Shown here: piece by piece, positions 62,618 through 64,000 of the stretch | How positions within the stretch are numbered: the stretch's first letter is position 1 | Layout: each line of letters opens with the position of its first letter | Assembly: GCF_004010195.1 (NCBI RefSeq) | Contig: NC_057720.1 | Span: 14,293,729-14,357,728 of the forward strand | Direction: 5' to 3' | DNA length: 64,000 nucleotides | Source of the DNA: Chiloscyllium plagiosum | Taxonomy: Eukaryota | Program-made: the position numbers and the translations under genes | The notes under the pieces: model-generated | The model's database searches: none | What the model saw: the letters and a program-made list of their open reading frames with translations, nothing else | Told to the model about the DNA's origin: nothing

Positions 62618-63595
62618 GTTAAAAATCACACACACCAGGTTATAGTCCAACAGGTTTAATTGGAAGCACTAACTTTGGGAGTGACGTTCCTTCATCAGGT
62701 GATAGTGGAACATAAGACATAGAATTTATAGCAAAAGGTTATGTCATGCGGCTGAAATATATAAAACAAACTTAGATTAAATCTTTCATCTTTTAGCATT
62801 GTTTTGCCTCATTTCGGTTCATTAATATGTAAATCCCAGAACTCCTTTTAAGTCATATTCTCAAGATAACTCCAAGTTTTCTAACAAAAGGTGTCATCTC
62901 AGCTCAGACAATGCTTTAAAGGTGTGAGGTTAAAGTCTGTCTGTGTCCCAATCTTGAGTCAGACTGGTTTTATTTTTAAAGTGTGCTTTACAGAATCTTA
63001 CATGAATTGACTGTACATTATGTATTTTCGAACAAAATAAAATATAATTCTGCAAATACATTCACCCCATAAATGTGTGTGTGTGTGTGCGCGTGCGCGC
63101 AGGAGAGACAGAGTGTGTGTATGTGAGTGTGTGCATGTGGGTGTGAGTGCATGTGAGAGAGTGTTTGTATAAGTGTGGTAAAGTATGTGTGTGAGTGTGA
63201 TGGGGTATAAGCCTGTGAGAGGATGCAAGCGTGCTTGGGTGTGAGTGTGGGGAGTGTATGTGTGTACATGTGAGAGAGAGCTTGTGTATGAGAGAGGGTC
63301 TGTGTTAGTGTGTGTATGTGTGTGTTTTTCTATGGGAGTGAATGTATAGTGCAGTGGGGCCACCTGTAGTGTGAACAAGACTTAACCTAAGTTTGTTTAA
63401 TATATTTCAGCCGCATGACACTGTAACCTTTTGCTATAAATTCTGTGTCTTATGGTCCTGCTCCACAACCACCTGATGAAGGAGCAGCACTTCGAAAGCT
63501 GGTGCTTCCAAATAAACCTGTTGGACTATAACCTGGTGTTGTTTGACTTTTTAACTTTGTCCACCCCAGTCCAACACCGGCACCTCCAAATCATG
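62618..63595. mobile_element. Penelope family-B element: inverted terminal repeats around a TG-rich internal segment
   Basis: Arms at about 62618-62775 and 63385-63557, terminus CACCTCCAAATCATG, TG-rich tract at 63074-63325. The right hammerhead core ends in CUG (non-cleavable triplet). Confidence 0.8.
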
Positions 63596-63636
63596 CTGTG
63601 CAATGGGCATTGTTTTGCATGGCCTTCCTTGGTCAA

Positions 63637-63720
63637 AGCTGAAACTTTATTGCTGGAACAGCACAGCAGGTCAGGCAGCATCTAGGGAACAGAAGATTCG
63701 ACGTTTCGGGCACAAACCCT
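63637..63720 (-). mobile_element. Penelope-derived family-A fragment
   Basis: TTGCTGGAACAGCACAGCAGGTCAGGCAGCATCTAGGGAACAG..CGACGTTTCGGGC. Confidence 0.75.
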
Positions 63721-64000
63721 AGGCCAACAAAGTAAACAACATTTGGAGAAAATAACATCGAAGCTATCAGGAATCACCTTATTTTTGACTCTTTCATCTC
63801 ACTATAACCAAATTTTATCCCTTCTTTTGGTTCTTTTATAACATGTGGACCTGGCTAGCTACAGTCAGCATTTATTGGCCATCTGTAATTATCCTGGAAC
63901 GGTTGGTGAGCTGCCTTATTAATACACCACAAAGATGCAAGGAAAGTAGGTCTTGGATTTTGACTGCAGCGAAGAAGGAACAACAATATGTTGTTGCAGC

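Noticed and set aside
62998..63378. His/Thr-rich ORFs (also 61150-61618)
   Set aside because: Translations of CA/TG low-complexity sequence
63470..63505. Family-B hammerhead as an active ribozyme
   Set aside because: Cleavage triplet is CUG (G at position 17 is not cleaved) and stem II is weakened

Overview
Eukaryotic, repeat-dense, apparently non-genic (intergenic or deep intronic) DNA from a cartilaginous fish. The repeat set (HE1-type V-SINEs, SacSINE1-type DeuSINEs, many CR1 LINE subfamilies) points to a shark or ray; this is inference from family recognition, not a database hit. No intact protein-coding gene is supported. The ORFs with recognisable motifs are decayed transposon proteins: CR1, RTE, L2, L1, Penelope GIY-YIG, Gypsy gag/protease and a Harbinger Myb/SANT domain. 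The most notable signal is a dense set of short Penelope-derived fold-back elements from at least five sequence families. They carry minimal hammerhead-ribozyme cores (CUGANGA-stem II-GAAA-palindromic stem III), are often arranged as inverted repeats, and several are flanked by 11-15 bp target-site duplications (TSDs). Also present are a 5'-complete but 3'-truncated L1 with a 16-bp TSD, a near-perfect 78-bp inverted duplication inside a scrambled CR1 cluster, a 21/42/126-bp hierarchical minisatellite, repeat-poor candidate enhancer blocks, and a 189-N assembly gap. Repeat boundaries were set by eye and are approximate (roughly +/-10-30 bp) unless a TSD fixes them.
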